Origin: Octopus bimaculoides
Taxonomy: Eukaryota
Reading direction: 5' to 3'
DNA: 55,000 bases
Assembly: GCF_001194135.2 (NCBI RefSeq)
Contig: NC_069001.1
Location: 29,971,676-30,026,675, forward strand
Shown: piece by piece, positions 24,411 to 35,904 of the stretch
Numbering within the stretch: position 1 is the stretch's first letter
Layout: every line of letters starts with the position of its first letter
Translations under genes and position numbers: made by a program
The notes under the pieces: generated by a model
The model's database searches: none
What the model was told of the DNA's origin: nothing
What the model saw: only the letters and a program-made list of their open reading frames with translations

Positions 24411-25614
24411 TTCCGGCATATCGACAAAAGTAAACCTACTCACCTCACAAGCCACATATGCAAGCGGCTTGAAGACCATATGCAATCCAGTGGAAAATCT
24501 CAACGCCACATGCAATCTAATGACACATCTTAGACGAATCTATGCCGCATGTTAATAGATTTGATAAATGCAAGTTCTGGGTATCAGTAAGATCGATCGC
24601 ATATATAGTTTTATAGTTTTCGATCAAACATTTCCACTGCTCTACTGAAATCCAGATCAGAGTTTTTCTGTAAATGAAAACATATTGGAGAACAACACAC
24701 TCTCCAGACTGAGTAGATGTATCGCAGACTTTAGATAGTTGCCATTGATTCTACACTGCCTTGCCATACAACTCTACAGCCAAGTAGACATAACACTTAA
24801 TTCTTTTTCGTTCCCGTTTACCTTCTTTTTCTGTTTCTTTTACCCTTCAAATGTTAGTATCCACCCTTTCCCTCACTTTATTTTCTCTGTGATTTCTCTT
24901 TTTTTTTTATCATCTTATTTGTAACATGTATAGGCTGTGCTCACAACAATAACTGACTACACCATGCGTGTTACTGAAATCCGTCTAGAAAATATCTCCA
25001 ATGTATGAAACTATTAGTAGTTCATAACTCTATATCGTGTACATTAAGCATATATATATGTATATACATGTGCGTATGTGTGTGTGCGTGTGTATATATT
25101 TGTGTGTGTCTGTGTGTAAAATTATGTATCTATGTATGTATGTATACAATATAATATATGTTGCTATTTCTTGCATTATGTTATTATTTTATTATGAACA
25201 TTTTACAATATATACGAAAGCAGTTCTGAAACATTATCGATAGATAAATCAGTAAAGCAGAGAAATACATTGATAGCAAACGAGGACGCAAAATTGTCGT
25301 TACTGATCGTTATCATAGTCTCTATCAAGTCGTAGATCAGAGAGATCAATAAGTATGATTAATATAATTTTGTTAATGATAATCTTTGTTGATTGTTATT
25401 ATTTTAGTTAGTCTGTCAGTGTCGTGTTAGTAAAAGTTTGATGATTTTAGAATTGACGAAGGTAAAATTTGCATTGTTCGTGGCAGCGTAGGAAGTGATC
25501 GCATCTTATTCCTGTGAGTAGGTGTTGTGATTGTAGAGGGATATAAGCTAAATAAATCATGAAACGTATTTTACCTATGATGTGTAAATTCAACAGTTAT
25601 ACCTATGATGTGTG

Positions 25615-25690
25615 AATGCTCATGGCTTAGTGGTTAGAGACTTCGTATCCTGATCGTAATATTGCAGTTTCAATTGCTGGAGCGGACGAT
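25615..25690 (+). mobile_element. Decayed tRNA-like SINE head
   Basis: catggcttagtggttagagac...tgatcgtaatattgcagtttcaattgctggagcgg. Confidence 0.5.
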
Positions 25691-25867
25691 GTATGTGTGT
25701 GTGTCAATGTCTACGTGTACGAGTGTGTGAACATGGTATTCGTCAAGAGCTTCTGTAATAACAAATACAGCTATCCTAAATTTGTGGCAATCAGACATGT
25801 TGATTCATGCTAGCTCACCGATTCTGCTAGCTCACCGCATTAATGCATAGCGTTGTCTTCAACAGCA

Positions 25868-26072
25868 AAGGCGGCGAGATGGCAGGATAGTTGTCATGGC
25901 AGGTAAAATATCCCGTTGGCATTTTGTTATGATTTCAAACCCCATCGAGGTTCACGTTGCCTTTCATCCTTTCAGAGTTTACAAAATAAGTACGGATTGA
26001 ACACCGGGATCGATGTAATCGATTTACTCGCTTTCCCTAATTGCAGGTCGTGTGTGCTAAAATTTGAAATTA
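25868..26072 (+). mobile_element. GGCGGCGAGCTGGCAGAA-family SINE, old copy, tail type 3
   Basis: aaggcggcgagatggcagga...gttgcctttcatcctttcagagtttacaaaataagtac...gatcgatgtaatcgatt...aaaatttgaaatt. Confidence 0.8.
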
Positions 26073-26131
26073 TTTTTGTCAACGCTCTAATTTGCCAATA
26101 CACGCCAACACATAACATTACACTGCAACAA

Positions 26132-26344
26132 GGAGGCGAGCTGGCAGAAACGTTAGCACGCTGGACGAAATGCTTAGCGGTATTTCGTGTGTCGTTACGC
26201 TGAGTTCAAATTCCGCCGAGGCCAACTTTGCTTTTCAACCCTTCGGGTTCGATAAATTCAGTACTAGTTGCGTACTGGTGTCGATCTCATCGACTGACCC
26301 CCTCCCTAAATATTTCGGATCTTGGGCCTGGAGTCGAAAAGAAT
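26132..26344 (+). mobile_element. GGCGGCGAGCTGGCAGAA-family SINE, tail type 2
   Basis: ggaggcgagctggcagaaacgttagcacgctggacgaaatgcttagcggtatttcg...gagttcaaattccgccgagg. Confidence 0.9.
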
Positions 26345-27082
26345 GTTACTCTTCAAATCCATCTCACTATAATTATCTTGTAACGAAATGCCAGTAGCAA
26401 GGTTTATTGTTATTCATTATATAACCTGTTTATTAACATGTTTATTAACTCAAGTTTTACACAGATTAGATGTTAATATCGTACGCGGTTTTTCTCCAAA
26501 TTTCCTAACATCCACTTTTCATATACTCGATTATTAATGAAATTATTCTTACACTCGTCCATATATCTATTCGTTTTCCTTGTTTATGCTTTCTTTTACG
26601 CGCTCAATTAATTATCCTACTTACAAATTAATTAATTAACGGATTAATCTAACTCTAATTTAACAATTAACTGAAGTTCTATGCTCTGCTTAACGACCCC
26701 CACATAGCTCTGAAATCCGTCTCCACTTTATTCGCTCTTACACACTTTTACACTATCAAATAGGCAGATAATTAAACTGATCATTAAGTTAATTAAATGG
26801 CGACTTCGCCTAGTTATTAAACCCCTTTATTCGTCGACTGTGTTCCCCTCCGACACGCAGTTCTACATTTCAGGGCATATCAAAAACTGGGAGACTGTCT
26901 CGCTCAAAACACCACACGTCTCTATCACTTTTATATAATTCACGTATTAATATGTTCCTGTGTATAATCTTGTCTCAACTTCTTGCTACTCTGTCAGTCA
27001 TAAGCTGGTCTATCCAGAAATTGACTGGCGTATGAGAACACAACAAATCTTTGGTTGATCGTTAGTAGGGAAGACACACAAA

Positions 27083-27126
<44 letters not shown>

Positions 27127-27136
27127 NNNNNNNNNN

Positions 27137-27249
27137 CTTTTGCGGAACCACTAAGTTACGGGGACATGAACTCACCAGTATCGGCTGTCAAATAATGTTG
27201 GGCGGGGGCAGACATAGACACGCAAACACCTACACACACACACGCATAC

Positions 27250-27294
<45 letters not shown>

Positions 27295-27448
27295 TATATA
27301 CGACGGGCTTCTTTCAGTTTCCGTGTACCAAATCCATTTACAAGGCTTTGGCCGGTCCCAGAGCTGTAGTAGAAAAATCACTTGCAAAAGGAATCGCGCA
27401 TGGGATTGAACCCAGAACCATGTGGATGGTAAGCAAGCTACTTACAGG
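27137..27448 (-). mobile_element. Composite CORE SINE
   Basis: ctaagttacggggacatg ... cgacgggcttctttcagtttccgtgtaccaaatcc ... gaacccagaaccatgtggatggtaagcaagctactta. Confidence 0.88.
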
Positions 27449-27462
27449 ACCCCTTATATTAA

Positions 27463-27600
27463 GGGCTATTACTATAAATAAACGCCCAACTCTGTAATGG
27501 GACTCTGAAGTCAAAAGTTCTTCAATATATATATTTATTGAAGTAGTTTTGACTTTAGAGTTCCATTACAGCGCGTGGCGTTTACTTATAGCAATAGCCC
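27463..27600. mobile_element. 138-bp foldback MITE with TTAA TSD and GG...CC termini (Kolobok-type)
   Basis: TTAA at 27459-27462 and 27601-27604; arms GGGCTATTACTATAAATAAACGCC...GAAGTCAAAAGTTCTTCAATA and the near-perfect reverse complement, around a short (TA)n loop. Confidence 0.75.
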
Positions 27601-27710
27601 TTAATATAATTAATATATTTATATTTAAACGAAAAACAATATACTTTGTATTATTTTTTTCATAAGCTGGTTTTCGTCGCTGGCTACTTAATAAATTATT
27701 ACATTGTTTC

Positions 27711-27742
27711 TATGCTTATATATTATATATATATATCTATAT

Positions 27743-27780
<38 letters not shown>

Positions 27781-28135
27781 ATGTGTGTGTGTGTGTGTGT
27801 GTGTGTAAATATATATGCATATACATACATATGTCTATGTGTGTGAATTTAAATTTGTTCCTTGTATTATAGTGAAAGTATATATACGAGCAGGTGCTGA
27901 AAAAGTCCTCGCTTTGGGCAAAAGAAAATGCAGATCGATTAGTTACTTATGATATTGTTCAACATATTTTCTCTGTAATTCATACAATTGCTGTAGCGGT
28001 CTTAAGTTTTACTAATCTCTGTAAAAGAACTCGAAATGGNNNNNNNNNNNNNNNNNNNNNNNNNNNNNNNNNNNNNNNNNNNNNNNNNNNNNNNNNNNNN
28101 NNNTATGCTTATATATTATATATATATATCTATAT

Positions 28136-28173
<38 letters not shown>

Positions 28174-28432
28174 ATGTGTGTGTGTGTGTGTGTGTGTGTA
28201 AATATATATGCATATACATACATATGTCTATGTGTGTGAATTTAAATTTGTTCCTTGTATTATAGTGAAAGTATATATACGAGCAGGTGCTGAAAAAGTC
28301 CTCGCTTTGGGCAAAAGAAAATGCAGATCGATTAGTTACTTATGATATTGTTCAACATATTTTCTCTGTAATTCATACAATTGCTGTAGCGGTCTTAAGT
28401 TTTACTAATCTCTGTAAAAGAACTCGAAATGG
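27711..28432. other. Probable assembly artefact: identical 329-bp duplication across an N gap
   Basis: 27711-28039 and 28104-28432 appear identical by eye, including microsatellite lengths, separated only by Ns. Confidence 0.85.
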
Positions 28433-28455
28433 AGAACCTCCGCCCAGGCCTTTAG
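28280..28455 (+). mobile_element. Mariner-type MITE fragment (left end only)
   Basis: TA followed by CGAGCAGGTGCTGAAAAAGTCCT, resembling mariner TIR starts (TA-CGAGGG..TGAAAAGT); no matching right TIR. Duplicated copy starts at 27887. Confidence 0.55.
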
Positions 28456-28489
28456 CGTTGTTGAATGGGACAAGTGTAGTCCATTGAAT

Positions 28490-28618
28490 TACTGGCACAG
28501 CACATTTTTCCAGCTTCGTGGAATGGAGCAACGGGAATTAAAGCTTGTTGCTACACAACACACCGACGGGAAACGATTTCACAAACTTACGTTCGTAAGC
28601 CGAAGACACTATCTACTA
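28490..28618 (-). mobile_element. tRNA/CORE-type SINE, decayed
   Basis: ttccagcttcgtggaatggagcaacgggaattaaagcttgttgctacacaacac. Confidence 0.65.
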
Positions 28619-28851
28619 AATCTTTGTACGAAATGTAGGACAAAATCAAATAATTTCTAACGTGCACCATAAAAATCCAAACATACGCAGAATTTACGGT
28701 ATGGTAACTATATTATGAGAGTCTTTTAATTAACACCTTAAACAATTAATAGAATGTGGAATATCTACAAATCCGTAAAAGTACAGGATTTAATAACTTG
28801 AAAATTGTGTGTTGGAGAAGTAGGCTGCGGTCATAATCCTAGCTTGCTGAA

Positions 28852-29022
28852 CGCAGCGAACTAGCAAAATCGTTAGCACGCTGGACGAAATCCTTAGTGT
28901 ATTTCATCTGCCGCTACGTTCTGAGTTCAAATCCTCCGAGGTCAACTTTGCTTTTCATCCTTTCAGGGTCGATAATATTATGTACTAGTTGTGCACTGGG
29001 GTCGATCTAATCGACTGACCTC
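28852..29022 (+). mobile_element. GGCGGCGAGCTGGCAGAA-family SINE ending at a gap
   Basis: cgttagcacgctggacgaaatcc...gttctgagttcaaatcctccgaggtcaactttgcttttcatcctttcagggtcgata. Confidence 0.88.
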
Positions 29023-29242
29023 NNNNNNNNNNNNNNNNNNNNNNNNNNNNNNNNNNNNNNNNNNNNNNNNNNNNNNNNNNNNNNNNNNNNNNNNNNNNNN
29101 NNNNNNNNNNNNNNNNNNNNNNGAGAGAGAGAGAGAGAGATTGATAGATAAATAGATTAGGTAGATAGATAGATAGATAGATACAAGTAGCGAGACATGA
29201 ATACGTACTCTCACTAATAAGTTTGTGTGTGTATAGTGTACG

Positions 29243-29273
<31 letters not shown>

Positions 29274-29295
29274 CTGTGTGCATGTATGTATATTC

Positions 29296-29326
<31 letters not shown>

Positions 29327-30744
29327 CACATATTAAACGAAGGGTGTGTGAAATTTAGGTAATTACTCATCTGACAACCGAAGAAACCTTCAAGTTACTG
29401 TAAATCCCTCAAGTCCTGCCATGTAGTATCACTCATTTTGATATTGTGTATCATCAGGATGTCTCGAGATAATGAAGGGCGAAGGTCATTAATGTTCAAT
29501 ATACTTGTCAGACTTCCAGACTCAAATTACATTTGCGAACAAGTTTATTTTGGTCATTTACCTCTACCACCCACCTCTCATTCCGGCTCTCTTTCTCCCT
29601 CTCTCATTCAATTTCTCTCTCACTCTTTCTTTCTCTCTCTCTCACTCACTCTTTCTCTCGCCCTTTCTCCGTCTCTCTCCTGATACCATTGACAACGCAA
29701 CGACAAAAGGAAAGTCCATATTTAGTCAGTTGATTTTCTGTCTCTTTTAGGCAGCTGATTTCGAATGAGATTTTATATCTAGAATAGAGAATTTGAAGTG
29801 CAGTTCGTCCGTGTTAAACAAGCTATTCATGAAAGTATTCTCTCTTCAAAAATGTTATTAAAACTAAATTATCTACCACGAACACTAAATCAACCATATT
29901 ATAATAGCTACACAGTAATAGGTTGCGTATATTAGATATTGGATTTAGAATATAAGCAGCATTAAGTATTAAGGGTTTCTTATACAGGTTCAAGTTGTAA
30001 CAATTTTAGAAATGAACCGTATGGGATTGATTGTATTTTGTATGAAGAGCGAAATTATTACCCACGGTCTTAAGGTTTTACATTATAAAGGCCAGTCGAC
30101 GTGGTAAATTAGTAAATTACTATTTTTAAATCTCACAATGAGAGATAGCCAGCAACAGTATTTTGGAGTAAAGATTTTCGCCAACATAATATGGCAGTTC
30201 TTTACTGGTAAGTTAGTATCAGAATGGCGTAGTATTATGCACCAAATTATAAGCTGAATATATAATACTTTATTTTTATTGTAGTATGAGGATTGCAGTG
30301 TCAGGAATCTAATTCTGTTAATTCAGGCATCTGTGACTAATATTAGAGAAGAATGTAGTTTGGATTTAACTATTTGGCGCAAATAATTGAAGAATATAGT
30401 TCACGAAATGTATCTAATATTTTAGCTATTGTTGCAAAACGGAATAGTCGATTAACTTCGCAGAGAAAAGTGGAATTCGAAATGGAAACATAAAATTGAT
30501 GAATTAATATAAAGAATCTGATTTTTTTGTTCTTGATACTTCTTTGCTGCAGTGAAATGGCACATATCTTAGAAAGAGGAAATCGAAATATGAATACACC
30601 GTGATAAGAACTCGGACACTTGCGATGAATACCTAGCGTAATTTAATATGATGCCCTATGCACTACGCAAATTCGCCATTTTTAATGAATTCAATCGAAA
30701 TCATTAAACATATATTTTCATTATTTTAATGATGTTCATCTTTT

Positions 30745-31138
30745 ATCTCTTATCATTTACTTGTATCGGTCAGTAGATTTCCATCATGCTGGGGCACCGC
30801 CTTGAGATTTTAGTCGAATAATTCCACCCAGTTCTTTTCTTTCAAGCTTGGTACTTACTCTATCGGTGTCCTTTGGCGAAGCGCTAAGTTACTGGGATGG
30901 AATTACGCCAAAATTGGTTGTCAAATGGGTTGGGGGAGCCAAATACAGACAGAGAGACAGACACAGACAAATATGCATACATGTATACATCAGGCTACTT
31001 TAACTTCTGGTCAACCAAATTCATTCACAAAGCTTTGGTGGGTCCGAGGTTATAGTAGAAGACAGTTGCCCAAGTTTCCAGGTAGTGAGACTGAAGCTAG
31101 AACCATGTAGCTGCCAAGTAAGCTTCCTAACACACATC
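30745..31138 (-). mobile_element. Composite CORE SINE, full span
   Basis: catgctggggcaccgcc ... gctaagttac ... cacaaagctttggtgggtccgaggttatagtagaagacagttgcccaag. Confidence 0.85.
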
Positions 31139-32133
31139 TACGTCTCATCGGATCTTAAATCAAATTAAAGGATTTTGTTGTTTGTAGGGACATACATTAC
31201 GCCAGTATATAAAACTCACGCACTGGGACAATTCCACTCCTTTATTATTAGTAAATTGGTTAGATATTTATCCGACAAATTAATTGATTTTTTGGTTAAT
31301 CAATCAGTAGTTTGTTTTTTTCGTGAAGCACTTTCGTTGTTATTTGTACCGTTTTCAGTGACATAAAAAAAAAACGAATTAAAATCCGCTGATAAAAGAA
31401 TATTGTTCTTTTAATTCTTTCACCCGTGATCTCTGTCTACGCTTGACCATCATCTCAATAATGGAAACTTACTAGAAAGTGTCCTAATACACTCTCACTT
31501 TTTCATATATTGTAAAGAAAAGATATTGCGAACGGGAAAGCGGCATCTAAGTATTCATATAAATACGATTATCAAAAGACTGGAGCAAATATGTACAAAA
31601 TTATTTAATCTACTTAGTGGTAAAAGCCCTTTCTTAAATCTCTAGTATTCTATGTAGATTATTCCTATGCATAATTATAAGAAAGAGACACGTGATGTTA
31701 TAAAAAATGGAGTTTATTGAGTTTACATTTATTATATTACAACAAACGCTATGCTTTGTTGTAGATAGTTCTTTTTGTTGTATTGGGACTATAACATAAT
31801 TGAATTAGTTTACCGTAATGTACTGCCAAAATAAGCTTCCAGGCATGTACCATAATTAGATATAAAACAAAAGGTATCTACTGACAATGCTAATATAAAT
31901 TCTGCTAGTCAAGTAATATTATACAAATGTATGCATACAAATTGGTATAAAATCTTCCATATACACATTAAAATAAAGAAGAAAATAATTACACACACAC
32001 ATCTCGAGAATCTAAAATGGTCTACTTGAATATCGTGAGCTGAACCTATAAGTCATTCACCTCTCTGGGAAAAATACTTGCTCTATTTTCTTCTAAAATC
32101 AGTGATCTTTTTTAATGTGAAGTAATTTCTTAC

Positions 32134-32249
32134 AGTGCAAAGAGAAAAACAACCTGGTGTCTCAAATCTGATAAAAGGTCAGATCCCTTCCAGTCTTTAA
32201 CATCTGGCATGAAAATAGATAGCCTCTTGTACACCAAATCAAACAAACC
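32134..32249 (-). CDS. Candidate internal coding exon of an unidentified gene
   Basis: Acceptor ttttcagtgtattacatgcag, donor CT|GTAAGA, 116 nt, only one frame open: GLFDLVYKRLSIFMPDVKDWKGSDLLSDLRHQVVFLFA(L). Non-repetitive sequence; no family recognised. Confidence 0.35.
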
Positions 32250-32321
32250 CTGCATGTAATACACTGAAAACTAATCCGTGGAAGTCTGATGGAACAAAGG
32301 AGACTTTATAATATTATAATG

Positions 32322-32553
32322 CTCAGCTGGCCGAATCGTTAGCACGCCGGCTGAAATAGACGTATTTCGTCTGCTGCTACGTACTGAGTTCAAATTCCGC
32401 CGAGGTCGACTTCGTCTTTCATTCTTTCGGGGTCGATTAAAAAAGGAATTAGGCACCAGTTACTCACTGGAGTCGGTGTTATCGACTTAATCCCTTTGTC
32501 TGTCCAAGTTTGTCCCCTCTGTTTAGCCCCTTGTGGACAATAAAGAAATCAAA
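32322..32553 (+). mobile_element. GGCGGCGAGCTGGCAGAA-family SINE, tail type 1
   Basis: gagttcaaattccgccgaggtcgac...ctttcggggtcgat...aatccctttgtctgtccaagtttgtcccctctgtttagccccttgtggacaataaagaaa. Confidence 0.9.
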
Positions 32554-32839
32554 ATGCTTATTATAATTTCAGGGAAATTCCGGACACTGGGGTTTCTTAA
32601 TTATCCCTCGAGTCCTTCCTGTATCATGAGGTCCACATCACTATCATCCTCCTCACCACTTTCTATTTCAACCTTTGTGTGCTATGCATACGCCCCTTCT
32701 ATTTCAGTCTATACCGTGTATACTTAACCTTCTTTTTATCATTTCATTATATGTAAAAATCCTACACTTTACGTCTGTCATCGCATTGTCCCACTGACAC
32801 TTGGCCTTCGTGGTAAATAAATGAAACGATCATTATTAC

Positions 32840-32874
<35 letters not shown>

Positions 32875-33637
32875 TTATTATTGACTGGGTTCAGCTTTAC
32901 ATAATACGATGATGAACGTAATATAATATATATGGGCAAGGAAATATATTGCCACCGCCAGTAAGAAAACATTTACATACAGCGTCAAGTCTTCGGTTTG
33001 TTACGAACAACTCGTTAGACAGAGAAAAATCTCAATAGCACACAACTGGACACGAAGGAAATCAATACAAGACAAAAGTAAATGACGAAAGTATTCCCAT
33101 CGTGTCCTAACTGCTATCTATATTAATAATATTAAACACAAACAGATTACACGAATTATACCGTAAGAAGGAAAACAAATTTGTACAAGGTAAACAAAGG
33201 AGAAGAATGTAACTGTCAATATTAGATAGATTCAGCTTGGAGTTTTCTTTCTCGTATAATGTCGTTTATCATTCGCAGGCATTCCACTCATAATCTACTT
33301 CACACCCACTCCTAATATACTTTAATAAGACATTCATTAATTCTTTCTCTCGAGCGACGGAATAGTTTGCTTTAATATGGAAATCTTCGTCCGCTGCGCA
33401 ACTATTGTAGAAACAGCTGTAGGACACATTATACACATTTTCTAACTCCCTTATTTATATTATAAGTTTTGCTCCTACAGATCTATTGTAACAACTACAA
33501 AAGTATGTTTTGCTTATAATTGCATGTACTTAAGTGATACCATAAACATTATGATCAGAAAGACAATAATTAACTGAATCGAAAGATCATTCCATGCATT
33601 TGGACACGATAGAAATCTATTCTGCTTCTCCTTCGCC

Positions 33638-34005
33638 TTTTTTTTTCTTCTTCTTCTTAGTAGTAGTAGTACTTTTACATTTAATCTGCATCTTTTTAGT
33701 CACTTGCCGAGACACAGCAAGCGTCCTGGGGCGAGTGAGGGCTAAGCGATGTTACATCATGACTGAAAGCTTCTGGAGTGGACGTTATGCAATATCTTTA
33801 TGTAATGAAACGCAGGCATTTAAATGGATAGAGTTTACGATTCCACATATTTTGTATTTCAATTTCCAGGTCGTTATATTTATTTAGTTTATCAAATTCC
33901 TTGACAGATATATTTCTATTAATGGAAAAACTTACATCAATTAGTGTAGGACGTCGCTTTGTTTTGTTTTGATTTTTTTGTGTTCGGTACGGCGTCGGTC
34001 GTGAC
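33638..34005 (-). mobile_element. 5'-truncated 3' end of a non-LTR retrotransposon with restriction-like endonuclease (R4/Dong/NeSL-like group)
   Basis: Minus-strand RP(D)...LIDVSFSINRNISVKEFDKLNKYNDLEIEIQNMWNRK is the PD-(D/E)xK RLE C-terminus; followed by a short 3'UTR and a (TAC)n(GAA)n/A-rich tail ending near 33638. Confidence 0.8.
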
Positions 34006-34275
34006 ATGTGATTTTTCTTTTACTTTTCGTGTGTGTACATGTGGTAAGTACTATTTCTGCTGCTTATAAATATCAACATGTGTGCATTGATGCGTAGAGA
34101 GTGAGTATCGTACCTATGTTCAGGTAGTACGGAGTGCGCTCGTTGTTGACATATATTTCAGTGACTGCGACAGCTTGTTTTTAGATTAACACAGCATACA
34201 TTTCGTGGAATATTTTCAACATCCAATTGCCAGTCTCAAAATCCTCGCTGTCCTCAATAGAGAAGTATTTGAGCA

Positions 34276-34314
<39 letters not shown>

Positions 34315-34315
34315 G

Positions 34316-34515
34316 AAGGCGTCCAGTTGGCAGAATCGTTATCACGCCGGTCGAATTGCTTAGCGGTATTACGTCTGTCTTCACGTTCTGAGTTTAAATG
34401 CCACCGGGATCGACTTCGCCAATTAATTAAGTACCAGTTACGCACTGGGGTCGTTTAATCGACCTAATTCCTTCCCCAAAAATTGAGGCCCTGTACTTCT
34501 AGTAGAAAGAATTAT
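34316..34515 (+). mobile_element. GGCGGCGAGCTGGCAGAA-family SINE, tail type 2
   Basis: ttggcagaatcgttatcacgccggtcgaattgcttagcggtatt...aagtaccagttacgcactggggtcg...ccccaaaaattgaggccctgtacttctagtagaaag. Confidence 0.85.
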
Positions 34516-34691
34516 TATTATTATCATTATTATTATTATTATATGAAATTGAACAAAAAAATCATGGCTCCACTTACTCATTTGACTCGCAGTTTGCAGA
34601 TGATATTGCATTTCGTATTTTCCTGGTTAATGGCCTTAACAAGTACACACACGCCAATTTCATTGCATAGCATAGCTCTCCATGCAGGCAG

Positions 34692-34761
<70 letters not shown>

Positions 34762-35263
34762 ATTACAAGAAAAGAAAAAAAAACTCTGGAAACAAATCCA
34801 AAAATCATGAATATTGAGAATTTACCTAAACCTTACTTCATAAGATATAAAGAATTCTACAGAATGAAAGAAATTTTCTCGATAGTAAAATGCCGAATGT
34901 GCAGTCATTTTATTATGAAAATGTATATAAAAACTGCCTTGCCAAATATGTTGATAAAGCGAATTACGAATAAAATGCTATTGGATATTGAAATATTCGT
35001 ATCAGAAATCAATATAACGCTTGAGTAAATGTTATGCTGTATTTTGAAAGGCTTTTAAAATATTTTGATTTGAAATTCCAATGGGATTACCGTTGACTTC
35101 TATTCACCTGAGACGAATAAGTTTGTGTGTGTCTGTGAACATGAATATAAAGGTATGTATGTATGTTCGTATTTGTATGTATGAATGCTTGTATTTGTAT
35201 GTGTATATATCCATACTCTCACAAACAAACATATATTCATACATAGGCACATACACAAACATC

Positions 35264-35296
<33 letters not shown>

Positions 35297-35855
35297 NNNN
35301 NNNNNNNNNNNNNNNNNNNNNNNNNNNNNNNNNNNNNNNNNNNNNNNNNNNNNNNNNNNNNNNNNNNNNNNNNNNNNNNNNNNNNNNNNNNNNNNNNNNN
35401 NNNNNNNNNNNNNNNNNNNNNNNNNNNNNNNNNNNNNNNNNNNNNNNNNNNNNNNNNNNNNNNNNNNNNNNNNNNNNNNNNNNNNNNNNNNNNNNNNNNN
35501 NNNNNNNNNNNNNNNNNNNNNNNNNNNNNNNNNNNNNNNNNNNNNNNNNNNNNNNNNNNNNNNNNNNNNNNNNNNNNNNNNNNNNNNNNNNNNNNNNNNN
35601 NNNNNNNNNNNNNNNNNNNNNNNNNNNNNNNNNNNNNNNNNNNNNNNNNNNNNNNNNNNNNNNNNNNNNNNNNNNNNNNNNNNNNNNNNNNNNNNNNNNN
35701 NNNNNNNNNNNNNNNNNNNNNNNNNNNNNNNNNNNNNNNNNNNNNNNNNNNNNNNNNNNNNNNNNNNNNNNNNNNNNNNNNNNNNNNNNNNNNNNNNNNN
35801 NNNNNNNNNNNNNNNNNNNNNNNNNNNNNNNNNNNNNNNNNNNNNNNNNNNNNNN

Positions 35856-35904
<49 letters not shown>

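Noticed and set aside
26408-27045. Possible solo LTR (TGTTAT...ACAACA)
   Set aside because: Flanks tttat and aatct give no TSD, and no PBS or PPT is evident.
27711-28432. 329-bp direct repeat as a biological tandem duplication
   Set aside because: The copies look identical and are separated only by Ns, typical of overlapping contig ends. A similar case lies at 10681-10752.
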